From positions 2,069,573-2,133,572 of the forward strand of contig OZ316899.1 in assembly GCA_973895155.1 (NCBI GenBank): DNA of 64,000 bases. The letters are read 5' to 3'. The DNA comes from Marsupella aquatica. Lineage: Eukaryota > Plantae > Marchantiophyta. Under the pieces are notes generated by a model. That model was given only the letters and a program-made list of their open reading frames with translations. It was not told the DNA's origin and searched no databases. Position 1 is the first letter of the stretch. The number at the start of each line of letters is the position of its first letter. This document shows positions 48,673-61,889 of the stretch, piece by piece. The translations under genes and the position numbers were made by a program.

Positions 48673-49979
48673 CCACCAATTGGCAACGCCCATAACTTTC
48701 TCGTTAGGCATCCTCAAGCGGAGTGCCTTAGCCCGTTGTGATCGGGCCGACCCAGTGATCATGCCTAGTTCCTTGGGTATCATCGCCGCTCGGGGGCCCC
48801 GATCGGCACAACCCGGATCGGGCCATAACTTGCGTCCCAAGCGTCCATTGCCATGGCGTCAACTCCATTGGCCTTGGGGCCAAGAGGAGCTCACAATCAA
48901 GCCCTCAGAACTCAAAGTTCATTCGGAGGTCCGGACGGTCGTCCTTGAGCCCGGCCCATTTTCCCTTGACCCTACCAGCTCTCAGCTAGTCCAAGTCCTT
49001 AGTGTGTGTCACCAGCTTGTCTCCTTGCCTTCACTAGCACCACGTCTCGTTGCTCACAAGTCTCCCCATGTTGAGTCCTCCCCGGATGGCCTATTTGGGC
49101 CTGGACCTCTGCGACGCCGGAGCTAAGTGTTAAGGTAGTCGAGTTCCGCGACTCCCTTGAGGGTTGTATGAGGATGGTCCTCCACAATCATCTTTCCTTT
49201 GCACACCGCCTGTCCTTAGGTTCCTTTGTGGATTTTGGTGAAATCCCCTGCGTCTTGCGGGCACCATGTTCTCTCGGGGCTGAGGCATCACCCGCATTGC
49301 CCTGGTTCTGCTTGGTCAAATTATCCACGATGACGTCCGGCTTGACATCATCTTTTGGTTCCGCATCCAACCCTCTCAAGGCTGGGATCAGTTCCTTCTC
49401 TGGGTCCTGACCCTCTTCCTCCGAGTCAGCTTCTGCATTGTTGTTGCTTCCATCTGCATCGGGGTTGTTGTCATCCGACCCGTCTTTTGAAGGATCAGCC
49501 ACCTCCTTCCCTTTAAGTCAACGGCGCCCTGCACTTGACGTGTTTGCTGCGGCGGTTGATGGTTCAGCCGCCACGTCTTTGTTGTCTTGCTTGTAATGTT
49601 CATCTAGGGAAGTCGATCCATCCTCCTTTTGTTCTTCTTGAACTTGGGCTCTCCCCTTGGCGGGGGGAGCCTGTTTGCCACTCTTTGATTGAGTGCTTTT
49701 TGCCATGTCCCCAACGACCAAATCTGCCCGCAGTTGACCCGCCGGTCACGTTGAAGCACTAAGTCCCCACAAAAATCCATTAAGATTTTTGGATTCCAAC
49801 TTAGCATAACCCTTGCCCAATGTCTATGCGAGCAATTGTGCTGATACCACAAGTGGTGGACCTTGCCACCCAACGCCCTCACCAATCCCAACACTCATGC
49901 CTAAGTGCCCCTGGTGCCCAAACGCCTCTATGGAATACCCCAAGCAAGCAACCTAGTGCCCCTTGCACTGCCAGCGGCC
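48673..49979 (-). mobile_element. Rest of the outer family-A element: LTR remainder (48673-49153), gag 5' fragment (49154-49721), PBS and truncated 5' LTR (49852-49979)
   Basis: The gag start MAKSTQSKSGKQ matches that at about 47050. TGGTATCAG PBS. The LTR is cut at 49980 by TGTCACCCC. Confidence 0.8.
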
Positions 49980-52328
49980 TGTCACCCCTGTTGCATTTGA
50001 GTTGCAACTTTGTTGGTTGCACATGTGTTGTGAGTTTGGGAGGGTGACCTGGCATAGCAGGTCACCTGGTAGGGGTGATCTCTTCACCCAGGTTACCATG
50101 CCTTGTGCCATGGGGGTATACCTTGGAGAATGAGGGATTAGCTCCTCATTCTTCCAAGTTGAGCCTCCCGGCACTAGTAGAGCTCATGTGAGTGTGGCTA
50201 TGGTGAGAGAGAGAGAGTGTATGCCGGTTGACATGTAGAGCAACATTGGCAGAGTTTTGCTATGTGTATAGACTTGGAGTCTTGCATGGCTAGCGGGTGA
50301 GTTTGGCTCAACTTAGTGATACCTTGCAGCGGGGTCCCGTTTCGCAAGAGATTACTTGGAAGAATAAGGGGAGGAGAGCGGATGCTCTCAGTTTTTCTGA
50401 ACTGTGCCGACCAGCGGAGGTGCTCGGTGGAGCTCGATGATTTGTCCATTTGTTTGTTGGTGCCGATTGTTGGTGGGCATTTGCTGATCGCTGGTTGATG
50501 CTGCTGGTTGGCAACACGTATCTGGGCGCGGAAGCGCTGTCAAAAATCAGTGAGAGTATTCTGATTTCAACTCTGAATTTCCTGAAATCTGGTTGCACTT
50601 TCATCGCAAATTGTTGATGCAGAGAAGCTATACTCATTGTATACGCCAATTGAATGGTTGTGCGGAAAACTCTGTTCGTTGTTGGTTAGAGAGGAAGGCT
50701 TGCTGCAGATTTTTGTGATGAGCAAGGTCGTGCGGAATCCATGCCCAAATTTGGGTAGAAACTCTGTTGGATGGATAACCACCAGAAATTTTATTGCGAT
50801 TTCAGATGGAGCATGGCAATGCGGTTGCATTGGTGAAGTTTGAGTGAAAAATAGGTTAAGAGGTGGATGTTATGCGCTGTTAATGTTTGTTGGAATTCTG
50901 GTTCGTTGTTGACGGTTTTCCGACGGGATTTGGTGACGGAATTTGTGACGGGATTTCAACTCAAATTGTGGTGTAATTGACTATTTTATGGAGTTACATT
51001 GTTCATACATTTTGTGTCTAGTTTGGAGGCTAGGGTAGGTTTGGACCCTACCCTAGCATAGGAGACAAGGGCATCCCAAGGCCAAAAGCCTGGTTAGTTG
51101 GTGGCATACTTATTTTGAGAAGAAAACCACTTTGGGGGGATCCAAGAGAAATTGGCTTTTTGTGTGAGGGGCTCAAGACCTGACCACCCACCTCCCGTGG
51201 TTGTTAAATCCAAAAACAACCATAACACCTTATGTTACCTTTAGCCCATTTTTAAAATATTTTGCCCCATTTGTTACCCTTAGTGTCTTTTATACCTTTT
51301 TAGTCCCTTGTGAGCCTCGCTTCCCTTGTTTTTACTTGAAGCAAAAGAAAGAGGGATTGGGTAGAGAATCTTTTCAATATTAAAAGGAGAGTCAAAGGTG
51401 GACATAGTACTCTTGCTTGGCAGGTGCCCTGCCTGTCACGCCGTCAGCCTAGGCCTTAACCCGGGCTTCGGCTTAGACAGGCACATCCTTTGTTAAAATG
51501 AGGGTTCGGGCAGGAAGGGAGGCATGGAATGCACCTAACTCACATAAACTAGCGCTAAGTGCGCCTATAGTCATATACGGACACCTCTTAGGTATGGTTT
51601 GTGTTCCGCCACCGGAACGTACCTCAATCGATAGCAGGATTGACCCCGGCTTACGGGCTTCTAAGCCTTCGTGTTGTCCGCCTTCAATCCGGATTCGATG
51701 GTATGGGTACTCAACCCGGGCTCGCAACCACTCACCCGCAAGTTGCACCCCGTGCACGACTTGGGTAGTGCGTTCGGCCAAGCGTTGGCACCTATACACG
51801 AGATTCACACATATACATACGCACAAGCATACAATCTCGATTTACACGAAGGAAATGATGGGAAAGGATTTTACTACATAGGAGACATATACGTACACTT
51901 AGTTGACCCAAAAGCTCTGGAATGAACAGGTCCGAGGCCAAGGGTGTACACTACAATGGAGCCCGGCTCCGCACTTGCCCAACGAGCTTAGTCCTACACC
52001 CTCCCCTTGGTACTCTTTCACTCCTAGAGGTCGGGACTCCCCGCACATACCGCGGATGTCCAACATTGAGACTAAAAATCCCCCCCTTGCCTCTATCGAG
52101 GGGTGCACTAAATACTAAGGGCCAAGGAACAGAGTGCCCTCGCGCCCAAAGATTCGCTAACTAAGGTCCTAACTAAGCTGGCTATCAGGCCGGAAAATGG
52201 CTTGTCTTATTAGAAGATCCTAATCTACGCAGGTTGTACAGCATGGCAGTGTTGCTTCAACTAGGGCAGGAGCTTGTCCCTATAGCCTAATTTAACTACT
52301 CCTACTCTATTTTAATCGTACTCCGCCG

Positions 52329-54844
52329 CTAATGCCTAGCACACTTGCCAGAGCCGCCTGAGTGGGAGCGGCTATCCTGCTGCCTTCTGAGCCTGTCGGC
52401 GTCCTGCTTGAGTAGCTGGACCTGGTCCAGCAGAGATTTGTTCTCCCGCTTTGCCTCTTCCACGACCTCTTGGCATGCCTCTTCCATTTGCTGGGTGTCG
52501 CTCGTCAGCTTATCCACCAACTGGGCCTGTTTCATGACTGCTCCTTGAAGCCGCGCCACCTCTGCCTTCAGGGTGTCAATCTTGGCTGTGTCCCGCTGAG
52601 ACCTGGAGTCAGCTTCCTCCAGATCCTTTTGCCAACTGACGGCTTGCCCCTGCAAACCGTCAATCTTGGTCCGGAGCCGCGCGATCTTGGCGTCCTTTCT
52701 GAGCCCGGCCTGTACTGCTAATGCTGCTTGGGCCCTAGCCTTGGCAACCTGGTCCTCCATGGCCGTTACCTGCGGCCGTAGTTGCTGGAGTTCAGCCTCC
52801 AGGGTTGCCACTTCGTCCTTCAGGTAGGTAGACTCAACCCGATATAGCTCTATTCTCTGCGTTGTCTCTGCCTGCGCATGTCCTGCCCTTACTGTCGCAA
52901 CCAACTCCTGGTTGAAGAAGTAGGCCACCCTCCGGGCCATGTATTCTCCGGTGTCCCGAGAGATCTGTTGCAAGAAATCTCCCAACAACCCGTTCAGAAA
53001 TGTGCCCAGCGCAAAGAGTTCCGGATGGTCTAGACTGTGTCCCTCTAGATTCGGGCACGGGCAGACTCCAACCCGTGCGGGAGTAGGAGTGGACACATCC
53101 AGCCCTTGAGGTAAGTCGGTCGAAGGGGTTGGTTCCACTAGAGGTGGGCGGTTCTCCTGCACCACCGTGGGGGGTGGCGGAATCCCCTCGGCTATCGTGG
53201 CATCTGCTTCGGGTGCGGCTTCATCCGGCCTGGTTTCGATTGCATTGTCCCGATTGATCGCGTCTAAGGTCGCGATAACGTCAATGGGTATGCCTGGCGG
53301 GGAGGCAGCGGTTGGTTGTGAGGCCGGGGTAGCAGGACTTGCAGCCGCCAGACTTCAGGCCTCGGGCTGCGGTCGCCTCACCTGGGCTGGGAACACCCAT
53401 TTTGGCGGGGTCAGCTCGGGCTCGTTGAGACGCGGGAGGCTCCGGCGGTCAAAATGAGCGTACCACTCGATGATGATTTCGATGTGGCTAGCAAAGTACG
53501 CCCTTCTGCCAAGGTACAAAGTATTCCTTCTCCGCTCCATCTCCTCGTGGAACTTCTTGACGAAGAAGGACGCCCACTTCCTGGGCCGATAGTTCTCTAC
53601 CTGGATGACCTGAGCGGCCAAAATTTCTCCTCTGGGTTCCATCATGTGGAGGACATACCGCTGGAACTCCAGGCGTTCTGCTACCTCGGGGATGAGGCAC
53701 GTCCTCATTAAGAACCCATTGTCCACTACCCCCTCGGCTGGGAAGCTAGATGACTGGTAATTAGCTCCCTTGCCCCTAGGAGCCCGCGATTCTACCCGGT
53801 TTATCCCCTCGGGTAAACCAAAAATCATCTTCAGACGTGCCTCATTGAGACACATCACTCTCCCGTGCGCTCGGGTTTGTTGACGGGCCTGGTCAAAGTT
53901 CTGAATGAACTCCGTCATATCCTGCCCGTAGTACCTGCTTCCATTCCAAGGGAGAGAGGCGAGGTGCTCAAACCCTTGGGTCTTCAGATAGCATGCTTGG
54001 GGTGGAGGATGTTCTTGTGAATGTTGTCCCCCATGCAATGCATGGTCAGCTTGGCTACCGCAACCGTGGCCAAAGGCAACCCGGATACGGCTGTGGGCTC
54101 CTTCCTCTTCCTACCCCAAGACTGATTCCCGGGGTGACTAGAAGAGGGGGACATCTCTCCATCCTCTCGATTGGGTGGTGGTAGCGCGACTGCCGTGAGT
54201 ATTGGTGCCAAAGCCGCTAGAGTTACCATGTTATCCTGGAGTGGTGCTGGGTTGTTCGGTGCTTGTTGAGTCGTACCCCGTGGCCGTCGATTCAGAGGAG
54301 GGTTAGCCTCCTTGTCTTCGGAGCTAATATGTACCGCATTCACCATGGATCGTACTCGGAGAGGCGGTGGGACCGGTGGTGGGGACCGGCTCGGCTGAGG
54401 CCGAGGAGGTGTAGGCGCGGGTACAGGCACGGGTTGGCCGACATTGGTCGTTGATGGTAGAGTTGCCATGAAGTTCTGCAGGTGTCGGTGGAGGTTCTCC
54501 AAAGCAAGTGAAGACGGCCCTGTCGACCGGGCAGTGTTGAACTCGCTGTTTATGATAGGCCAGACCCGAGCGGGGATGTGGTCAAAGTGGTGCCGCTGCA
54601 AGTCGATTGTGCCCGGGATATTGAAGACCTCGTCCGGAAGCCGAAGCAATGCTTCCTAGAAGCCGATGTATTTGCCTCCGTCCAAGAAGTACCCTGATAC
54701 TTCTTCGGGTTGGTAAAGCTCGCTCTGGGACGGGTAATCAAAGTTAAGGAGATAGTGGTGTCGTCCTGCTAGGCGGATGGCTCTCTTGTATTTGCGTTTG
54801 ATCTCGTATCGGCGTGGGTTGGCGTGTTTCAATGAGTCGGCCAA
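52329..54844 (-). pseudogene. Family-B accessory protein (~830 codons): Pro-rich region, plant-transposon/PMD-like domain, coiled coil; one stop and about two frameshifts
   Basis: Consecutive ORFs 54844-54656, 54649-53984, 54038-53355 and 53165-52329. A homolog lies at 6424-10055. Confidence 0.72.
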
Positions 54845-55011
54845 GTGCCCTCCGATAGACAGGAACTGAGTCTAGAATCGTATGGCCAAACTGGAAAGGA
54901 TCGTGTGCGACATTCAGAGGAGATAGCAAGTGACTAAGGGAAAGAGAGAGAGTCAAGGTCGAAGCTGGCGCGTGGACTGAAGAATTGGTGCACTGCAAAG
55001 GATCGGCCCCC

Positions 55012-55019
55012 CTTTTATA
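55012..55019 (-). promoter_or_regulatory. Candidate TATA box upstream of the family-B ORF
   Basis: TATAAAAG about 170 nt upstream of the ORF start, followed by a pyrimidine-rich leader. Confidence 0.45.
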
Positions 55020-56131
55020 CCCTGAGAGCTCGCCGACCGCCCGACGTCTCCTTGTTGCTTGTAGACCGAGCCTTTCACGCTTGCAGTGTACCGGCCCCTT
55101 CGCCGGTCCGGGTCAGCTCGTGTCAGTGGCCGCCTCCCGGAGTTTGTTATACGGACCCGAGGGAGGGGGAAAGGGGGCCCATTACACACTCGCAACCCGG
55201 GCGTGCGAATGGCAACCCGCCGCCAGCCCAAACATGAATTCTCCTTATTGACTAATGATTTCCTACTCATAATGGCTACCTAAATACTTTTGTTATGCTA
55301 ATAATAATGGCCTAAGATACCCCTAACGCGCGTGCTAAGCGCGGTTAGACCGAATCACTCATTACCCGCCGTACTGGCGGCGTCACACTGCCCAAGGAAG
55401 GTACAAGGTTCAGAGGAAGGTCAAGAGTCACCTATGACAAGGGCTGTCCACTAGGGCCAAAGTACAAGACTCTGAAGGGGGGAGAATCATTTGTGTACCT
55501 CTTGCTTTTTTTGTTTTTTTTGTTTCTCTTTTTCTCTTCCTTTGTGTCTCTCGTTTGGATTACAACCAAACATAAAAAAATACAATAGGGGATCCCACAT
55601 ATGGAGGTGTCCATAAAGAAGAACCCATGTGGGTGTCAGCCTTTTAGTTCCCATCATTATTTTATTCCTGTGTTTAAATTTGAAAAAGGGGTCTATGTAT
55701 AATTTGGCCGTATTTTTCCATCTTTTGGCCGTATTTTTCCCATTTTGAACGTATTTCCAACAGGGTCCGGGCAAGTGTGGGGTAGAAAGCTTCCTATGTG
55801 ATTTTTCCAGCAGAAAATCCGAGAGCTGATTTTTGGGGACTTCTTGGATCCATTTTGACCCCCCTGTGGTTGAGAGACCATAGCTTGGCTGTCCGACGCC
55901 CATTTTGCTCATCGACTACAGGGCTGGATGCGGCGGCTTGTTGGCTATCAGAATCAGTTGTCTGAACACGATTCTGACACATTTCATTTTTTGGCCATTT
56001 TTAAGGTGGTCTTGTTGCAGTCGTTGGCGGTAGTTGCTGCCAAGTGATTGTTGTGCAGCAGGAGTGCCACAATTTGTTGCATAGCCAAATTGGAGACAGG
56101 AGTGACTTGCAGTGGTGCCCGATTTTGACCA

Positions 56132-57466
56132 TTGGAGTCAGAAGAGGGTATTGTGTCATCTGGGCGTAGCACTGGCACCAACCCTGCCGTGGAGGAGGCA
56201 ACTCGATTACTGTCCCGGTTGTCACTGCATTCACGCATTAGTCCCTATAATTGGGACATGGAGCATTCCACGGATACTCGGATTCGGAGGTTTTCGGGAG
56301 ATGTTGGCACCATGGAGTTGCCACATTTCATTATGGAGTTTGAGTGGTGGTGTGATCAACAAAAGTTGCGCAGCACGGCATTCTCCCCCTTCATGGCATG
56401 GCGGGCATTGTTCCAGCACTTAGAGGGGCCACCCGTGCATGACTATGAGGAGTTCCAGACGATGTATGCTGAGCACATTGAGTCTTGGAGATGCAAGTGG
56501 TCTCCAGATTATGTCTCACTCACAGGTAAAGACGTGTCCTCGAAGGAGGAAGAGGGTGCTAGCAGCTCTAGCATATCGTTGCCAATCCCCAGGTTCAACC
56601 CGATGGTGGAGTTCTTCAAGGTGTTGAAGAAGAATTACCAGGGTGTCGGCGTGGACAAGTTGTTGAGTCTCCATACATTCAGCCGGATGGAGGGTGAGAG
56701 TTTGCGCAAGGCGTACACGCGCATGAGGCGGTTGATCAGTACCACGGAGGGCAATACTGATGCTCGGGCTATCTAGATGTGGTACCAGGCCCTGGATAAG
56801 GATTTGAGGAACCGAGTTTGGTTTTTGGCGTTGGCCACTGATGAGAAACTAACACTGGAGAAAGTTTTCCTGCTTTCTGATACCATTGACATGAACCGGT
56901 CAGAGAAAAAGGTTGTCACCCTTGGATTTGGCAAGGAGTCCCCTGGAGGCAGTGCTGCTAGTCCATCTGGTGGGCAGCAGCCACATCGATTGGAGAATGT
57001 GCCAGGGAGGGCACAGCCCAATGCTCCCGGTGGTGCTGTTGCTGGTGGCAGGAGAGCAACAGCACCCCAACGTCCCTTTCAGCCCTCTTATGCCACTCAA
57101 GTGGAGTGCTGGAGCTGTAAGGGACCTCATAACCAGTGTGATTGCCCTGATAGAAAGGGTCCACCACGTGTAGAGCCGGGTGGAGCTGCCCCTAGACGGC
57201 CTGATCTTAGGCATTGTGACCATTGTCACCAAGATGGGCATACTATTGACAGGTGTTTTGAGCTGCATCCAGAGATGCGTTTTGGTGCTGCCCGCAGGGG
57301 AGTTGCTCCTAGAGGTTGTGGAGGCCCCCGCCCTGGTCGTGGAGGTGACAAGGTAGTCCCCGCAGCCGGTGCACATACCACTGATCTTGCAGTAGCCACC
57401 CGGATCCAGGAGTTGGAGAAACAGTTGGCAGCAGCCAATTTGGCGTTGCGGACCCCTAGCAAATGA
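56132..57466 (+). pseudogene. Gypsy gag with zinc knuckles
   Basis: RRFSGD...FEWWCD...WRALFQHLEG, FSRMEGESLRKAYTRM, CWSCKGPHNQCDC and CDHCHQDGHTIDRC. In-frame TAG at 56774. Confidence 0.85.
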
Positions 57467-58074
57467 GAGGCCTCTAGTTCCCACACCATGGATAGTTCCC
57501 AGATTGCTCCTGGATTCAGTGACTTGAATTACATGTGCGGTGTTGCACAATTAGATAGTGGTGCAGCTGTCACCAGAGCAGTGGCTAGGGTTGCTGAGCC
57601 ACGAGGTGCTGCCGTGGAGCTGGATCCACAATGAGGGGAGGCCAGCCGACAACAGAGATTACCACAGAGTTTTACATTGATGCATACTGCATGAACTTCT
57701 ACTATGGTACCCATTGCTGACAGCAGTGGACCTTCTGTCCACTCTCATGATCACATGGGGTCACCCAACATTGATTCTGACATGGTAATTAGCCCAGCGT
57801 TGGGGGCGGCTAGAGCCTTGTGTCAGGTTCTATTGTTTTCTTGTGCTCAATTATCTTCCCTTGGAGTTCCTGTTGCAGATATGTTGCGCCAGGCAGTTGC
57901 ATTGTATGATACTAGAGCAGTTTTGGCATCTAGCTGTGACACAGCTGGTCCACCGGTTGGCCTAGATGACACAAGGTCCAGCCATTCTTTGTTGAGAGAT
58001 GCTGAGACTTCTTGGCAGGCTTCTGCTGCTCGATTGAGTGAGCTCCTTCCAGACCAGCCATTGATTGGAGTGTT

Positions 58075-58480
58075 GTGACTCCCGATGTGGTTGTGGTGGA
58101 CAATCGTGCTGGGGTTTTTACATTGGTTGGCCCTAGTGGCACAGTGTATGTGCCACCCCGTGTATTGTTGGATTCAGGTGCACAACCTCTCATGCTGGGG
58201 AAAGCAGCTGTCCAGGGCTTGGGCTTAAAGAAGGCTGAGGTGGAGCCTTGCCCATTTCAGATTCATACATCTCTTGGTGTCCAAGAGAAGACACAGCACA
58301 TGATGCGAGAAACCTCACTGTGAGGTTAAATCCCCACCACACTGGAGATGACTCTGCCTTGAAGGTGCGAGCAGTTATCACACCTGCAGAGTCTTATGAT
58401 GTTTTGGTAGGGGGAGCCATACTCTACCCCATGGGCTTTGTGTTGGATTACTGGCAGGAGACTATTCACTATCGACCAGG
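58075..58480 (+). pseudogene. Retropepsin aspartic protease
   Basis: RVLLDSGAQPLMLG, then (after a frameshift) YDVLVGGAILYPMG. Confidence 0.85.
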
Positions 58481-58869
58481 ATGTCAGTCTGGAGATGGTA
58501 GGAAGTGTGAACTACCAGTCCACTACTTCCTGCGTTGGACTGAGCCGTCACCAGAGAAGGTGATTAGTTTGTCAGCTTGTGCTGGAGCTATCACCTGGCC
58601 AGGTGATCTCTTGGAGGGTAATGCCCATGCTGCAGACATCCCCATAGCAGAGCAGTTGCACGACTCCTCAGGTAATCGCAGCATTCCTGTTTTCCCACAG
58701 GTATGGGGTTCCACTCCTGAGCTACAACAGCATGCTGATTCATATATACAGGCAGCATGGCATGAACCATTTGCCCCTTTAGCGGAGCCACTTGTGGTGG
58801 ATGGCATTCCCAGGTTGATCACTGTGTCCCCTTTGGACACCACTCCCATTTTGTGGACATACCCTATTG

Positions 58870-59830
58870 ACGGTATTCGCTTGTTGGAATTGTTTGGTGG
58901 CATGAGCACTGGCTTAGCTGCTGTCTTACATGCTGGCATTAGAGTGCAGCAGTATCTCTATGTGGAGCGCGATGACACAGCCCGACGTGTCTCCTTGCGT
59001 CATGTTGCTCAATTGCATCAGCAGTTCCCTGATTTGTTGCCTCTATCAGCTATCACAGGTTATCAACATGCTTTGCCAGCAGACATCTCACTTTTGGGGG
59101 CGCCCAATTTAGTACACATTGGTGAGATTCACCTTGTCATTGCTGGTTGGCCATGCCAGGGCCATTCCTCTGTTGGGATAGGATCTAGTCTCAAAGACCA
59201 TCGTTCTCACATATTTTGGGAGATGCTGCATGTCATGAGGTTTTTGCAGGAGCAGCAGCATGTCTCTCCTGCCTACATTCTAGAGAATGTTCCCTTGTTG
59301 GGTGATACTCGGTCACAGATGGTGGCTAGTATGCACCAAGTGAGGTCCTGGTTAGGACCTGCTATTTTTTTAGATGCTGCTAGTGTCGGATCAACAGCAC
59401 ATCGTCCACGATTATTGTGGACCAACTTGATGCCGCCTGAGGTTTTGCGGAGGGCATATCAGCACATTATGTGGCCTGTTGGGCTCACTCTGGACCGCAT
59501 TTTGGATGCTGGACGACATGCACAGTTGGTGCATCATGATGATCACTCCCCATTGGCAGTGGTGAACCGGGTTGGTCAGCCCCGTGCAGCACTTCCCACT
59601 TTGGTGAGTTTCCCCTCATCATATGCTTACCGTAATGGTGGACTGGGGTTAATTAGAGATTCCCAGCACAGAGAGTTGATGGAACCTACTGCTGATGAGC
59701 ATGAGCGTGCTATGGGATTTTAGACTCGCCCTACAGCAGTACCCTCAGTGACTGAAGCAGCACGCCGTCACATTTTGGGTCAGGCTATGGATCTTAATTG
59801 TTTGACTTGGATTGTGAGCTTAGCCTTGGC
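58870..59830 (+). pseudogene. C5 cytosine DNA methyltransferase (DNMT3-like) domain within pol
   Basis: Motif I LLELFGGMSTG, II YVERD, IV IAGWPCQG, VI YILENV, VIII DAA..S.AHRPRLLWTN, IX ERAMGF, X RRHILGQAMD. One TAG at 59721 lies between motifs IX and X. Confidence 0.9.
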
Positions 59831-60031
59831 AGAGCAGCGCCGATTACAATCTGTGACACCTCAACATGGATGCTCTTCCTCTATTGGGTCTTAGAGATCA
59901 GAGCAGGGGGCGACAATGCCACAGATCGTCATCCTTGGACTTCATGGGGAGTCAGTGGAGAGGCCAGTGGGCTTTCTTTTTTGCAGCAGCATGGTATTGC
60001 TGCTCCTGAGGTTGCAGCATAGCAACCACAG

Positions 60032-61585
60032 TTGGCATTCTCTGCACCTTCTGCCGAGGTTACCATTGACAATTGGGAGCCAACTATTGGCCCCAAGATC
60101 ACTGGAGGTGAGAGACAACATGTACGACAGTTTCTACGGAGTTATGGAAGTTGTTTTGCTTTCAACATGCAAGATTTGGGCATGTTAAAGGGACCAGGCA
60201 TCCGGATAGATTTGGCAGTTGATGCGCCCATCTTTCGGAGACCATATCGGTATTCCAATATGGAGAGGGCATTGATTCAGGCAAGGTGCCAGGATTTGTT
60301 GGCAGCAGGACTTGTGGAGAAGTCATTTGGTGAGTATGCTTCTGCCACTGTGATGCCAACAAAGAAGGATATGCATGGCAATTGGACTGACAGGAGGATG
60401 TGTGGAGACTATCGTCCAATTAATCGGCAGACTAAGTTTGACAGGTATGCCATGCCCACAGCAGAGGAGATATTTGATGCCATTGGGCATGCAAGAGCGT
60501 TTAGCACATTCATTGGATCTCAGGGCTGGATATCACCAGCTGCCTATTAGGATTGGTGACAGGCAGAAGACAATATTCTGGGGATTGATGCTCATGGGAA
60601 GGATGTGTTGTATTAGTGGCTATTCTTACCGTTTGGATTGAAGAATGCGCTAGCTGAGTTTCAGAGGGTCATGGATCGGATTTTGGCAGACCTGGATTTT
60701 GCCAAATGTTATATCGATGACATTATTGTGTACAGTGACACTGTGGAGGAGCATGTTGTACATTTGTAGCAGGTGTTTGAGCGGTTGAGAGAGCATGGAT
60801 TGAAGCTCCATCCTGGCAAATATAAGTTCTTCCATGACCAGATTGCATATTTAGGGCATATCATTTATCTAGGTGGATTGAGTGTGCAACAAACAAAGGT
60901 GGAGGCAATTGCTGGCATCCCTCAGCCTACAGATGTGAGTAGAGTCCGAGCATTTTTGGGGCTTGCAAACTTCTACCGAAGGTATGTGAAAGGATTCAAT
61001 GCAATTGCAAAACCTTTGACGTTACTCACAAGACTGGACCATGAGTGGCAGTGGGGTGCTGACCAGGATAGAGCTTTCCATCAGTTGAAGGAGAAGCTCA
61101 CATCAGCGCCCATCTTGAGGAGACCTATCAGGGGCCGTCCATTTAGGTTGCATACTGATTGGAGCATGGTGGGACTTGGAGCAGTGCTCACTCAGGAGGA
61201 TGATGAGGGAAGGGAGTTTGTGGTAGCATATGCCAGTCGATCGAATAACACTGCAGAATCAAGTAGTATGGCTCCTATGAGGGAGAATGCTTGGCTGCAG
61301 TGTGGGTAGTAAGTGGCTCATTTTTTATGTTACTTGTTTGGTAACCCCTTCACTCTTGTTACGGATCATCAACCACTCAAATGGTTGATGGAGTCAGACA
61401 AGCTTACAAGTAAGCTTGCTCGTTGGGCACTCATACTTCAGGAGTATGATTTTGAGGTCTTGCATAGACCTGGTCACTTACATCAGGATGCTGATGGATT
61501 GAGTCGCAATCCTTGCCCGAGCCAGAGGGATTTGACAGGAGCACATTGGCATGATGAGGCAGACGAGGAGATGGTGCCACGTTGA
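60032..61585 (+). pseudogene. Gypsy reverse transcriptase and RNase H
   Basis: FRRPYRYS, RRMCGDYRPIN, YAMPT.EEIFD, LDL..GYHQ, YIDDIIVYS, FLGLANFYRRYV, LHTDWS..GLGAVL and LVTDHQPL. Several stops and frameshifts. Confidence 0.92.
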
Positions 61586-61889
61586 CATGCTTTTGCTTAT
61601 TTGTGCTTGTTGCAGAGTGTGGATGGTCTTGGGGCAGTGACATCATTGGAGAGGCCCAATGCAGACTTTGTGGATCTAGAGATTTCTAGTGAGGAGTCTG
61701 TTGGACATGATATTCATGATGATGCAGATGTTGTGATGTATCTGCACACGGGCAGCATGCCAGGCATGGTAACTGCCAAGGAGAGAGATCGGATCCTACA
61801 ACGAGCTAAGAGGTTTAGATGGGAAGGATCTCACTTGTTGAGAGTTTGGGATGATGGCAGGGTGCGATTGGTACCTCCTTTATCCCAGT

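Larger units (their letters stand above)
51434..55387 (-). mobile_element. Family-B solo-LTR-like unit (3954 bp) containing a long ORF
   Basis: Termini TGTCACGCCG...CGGCGTCACA, a perfect 5-bp TSD CTGCC on both sides, and no internal direct repeat, PBS or pol. Confidence 0.85.
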
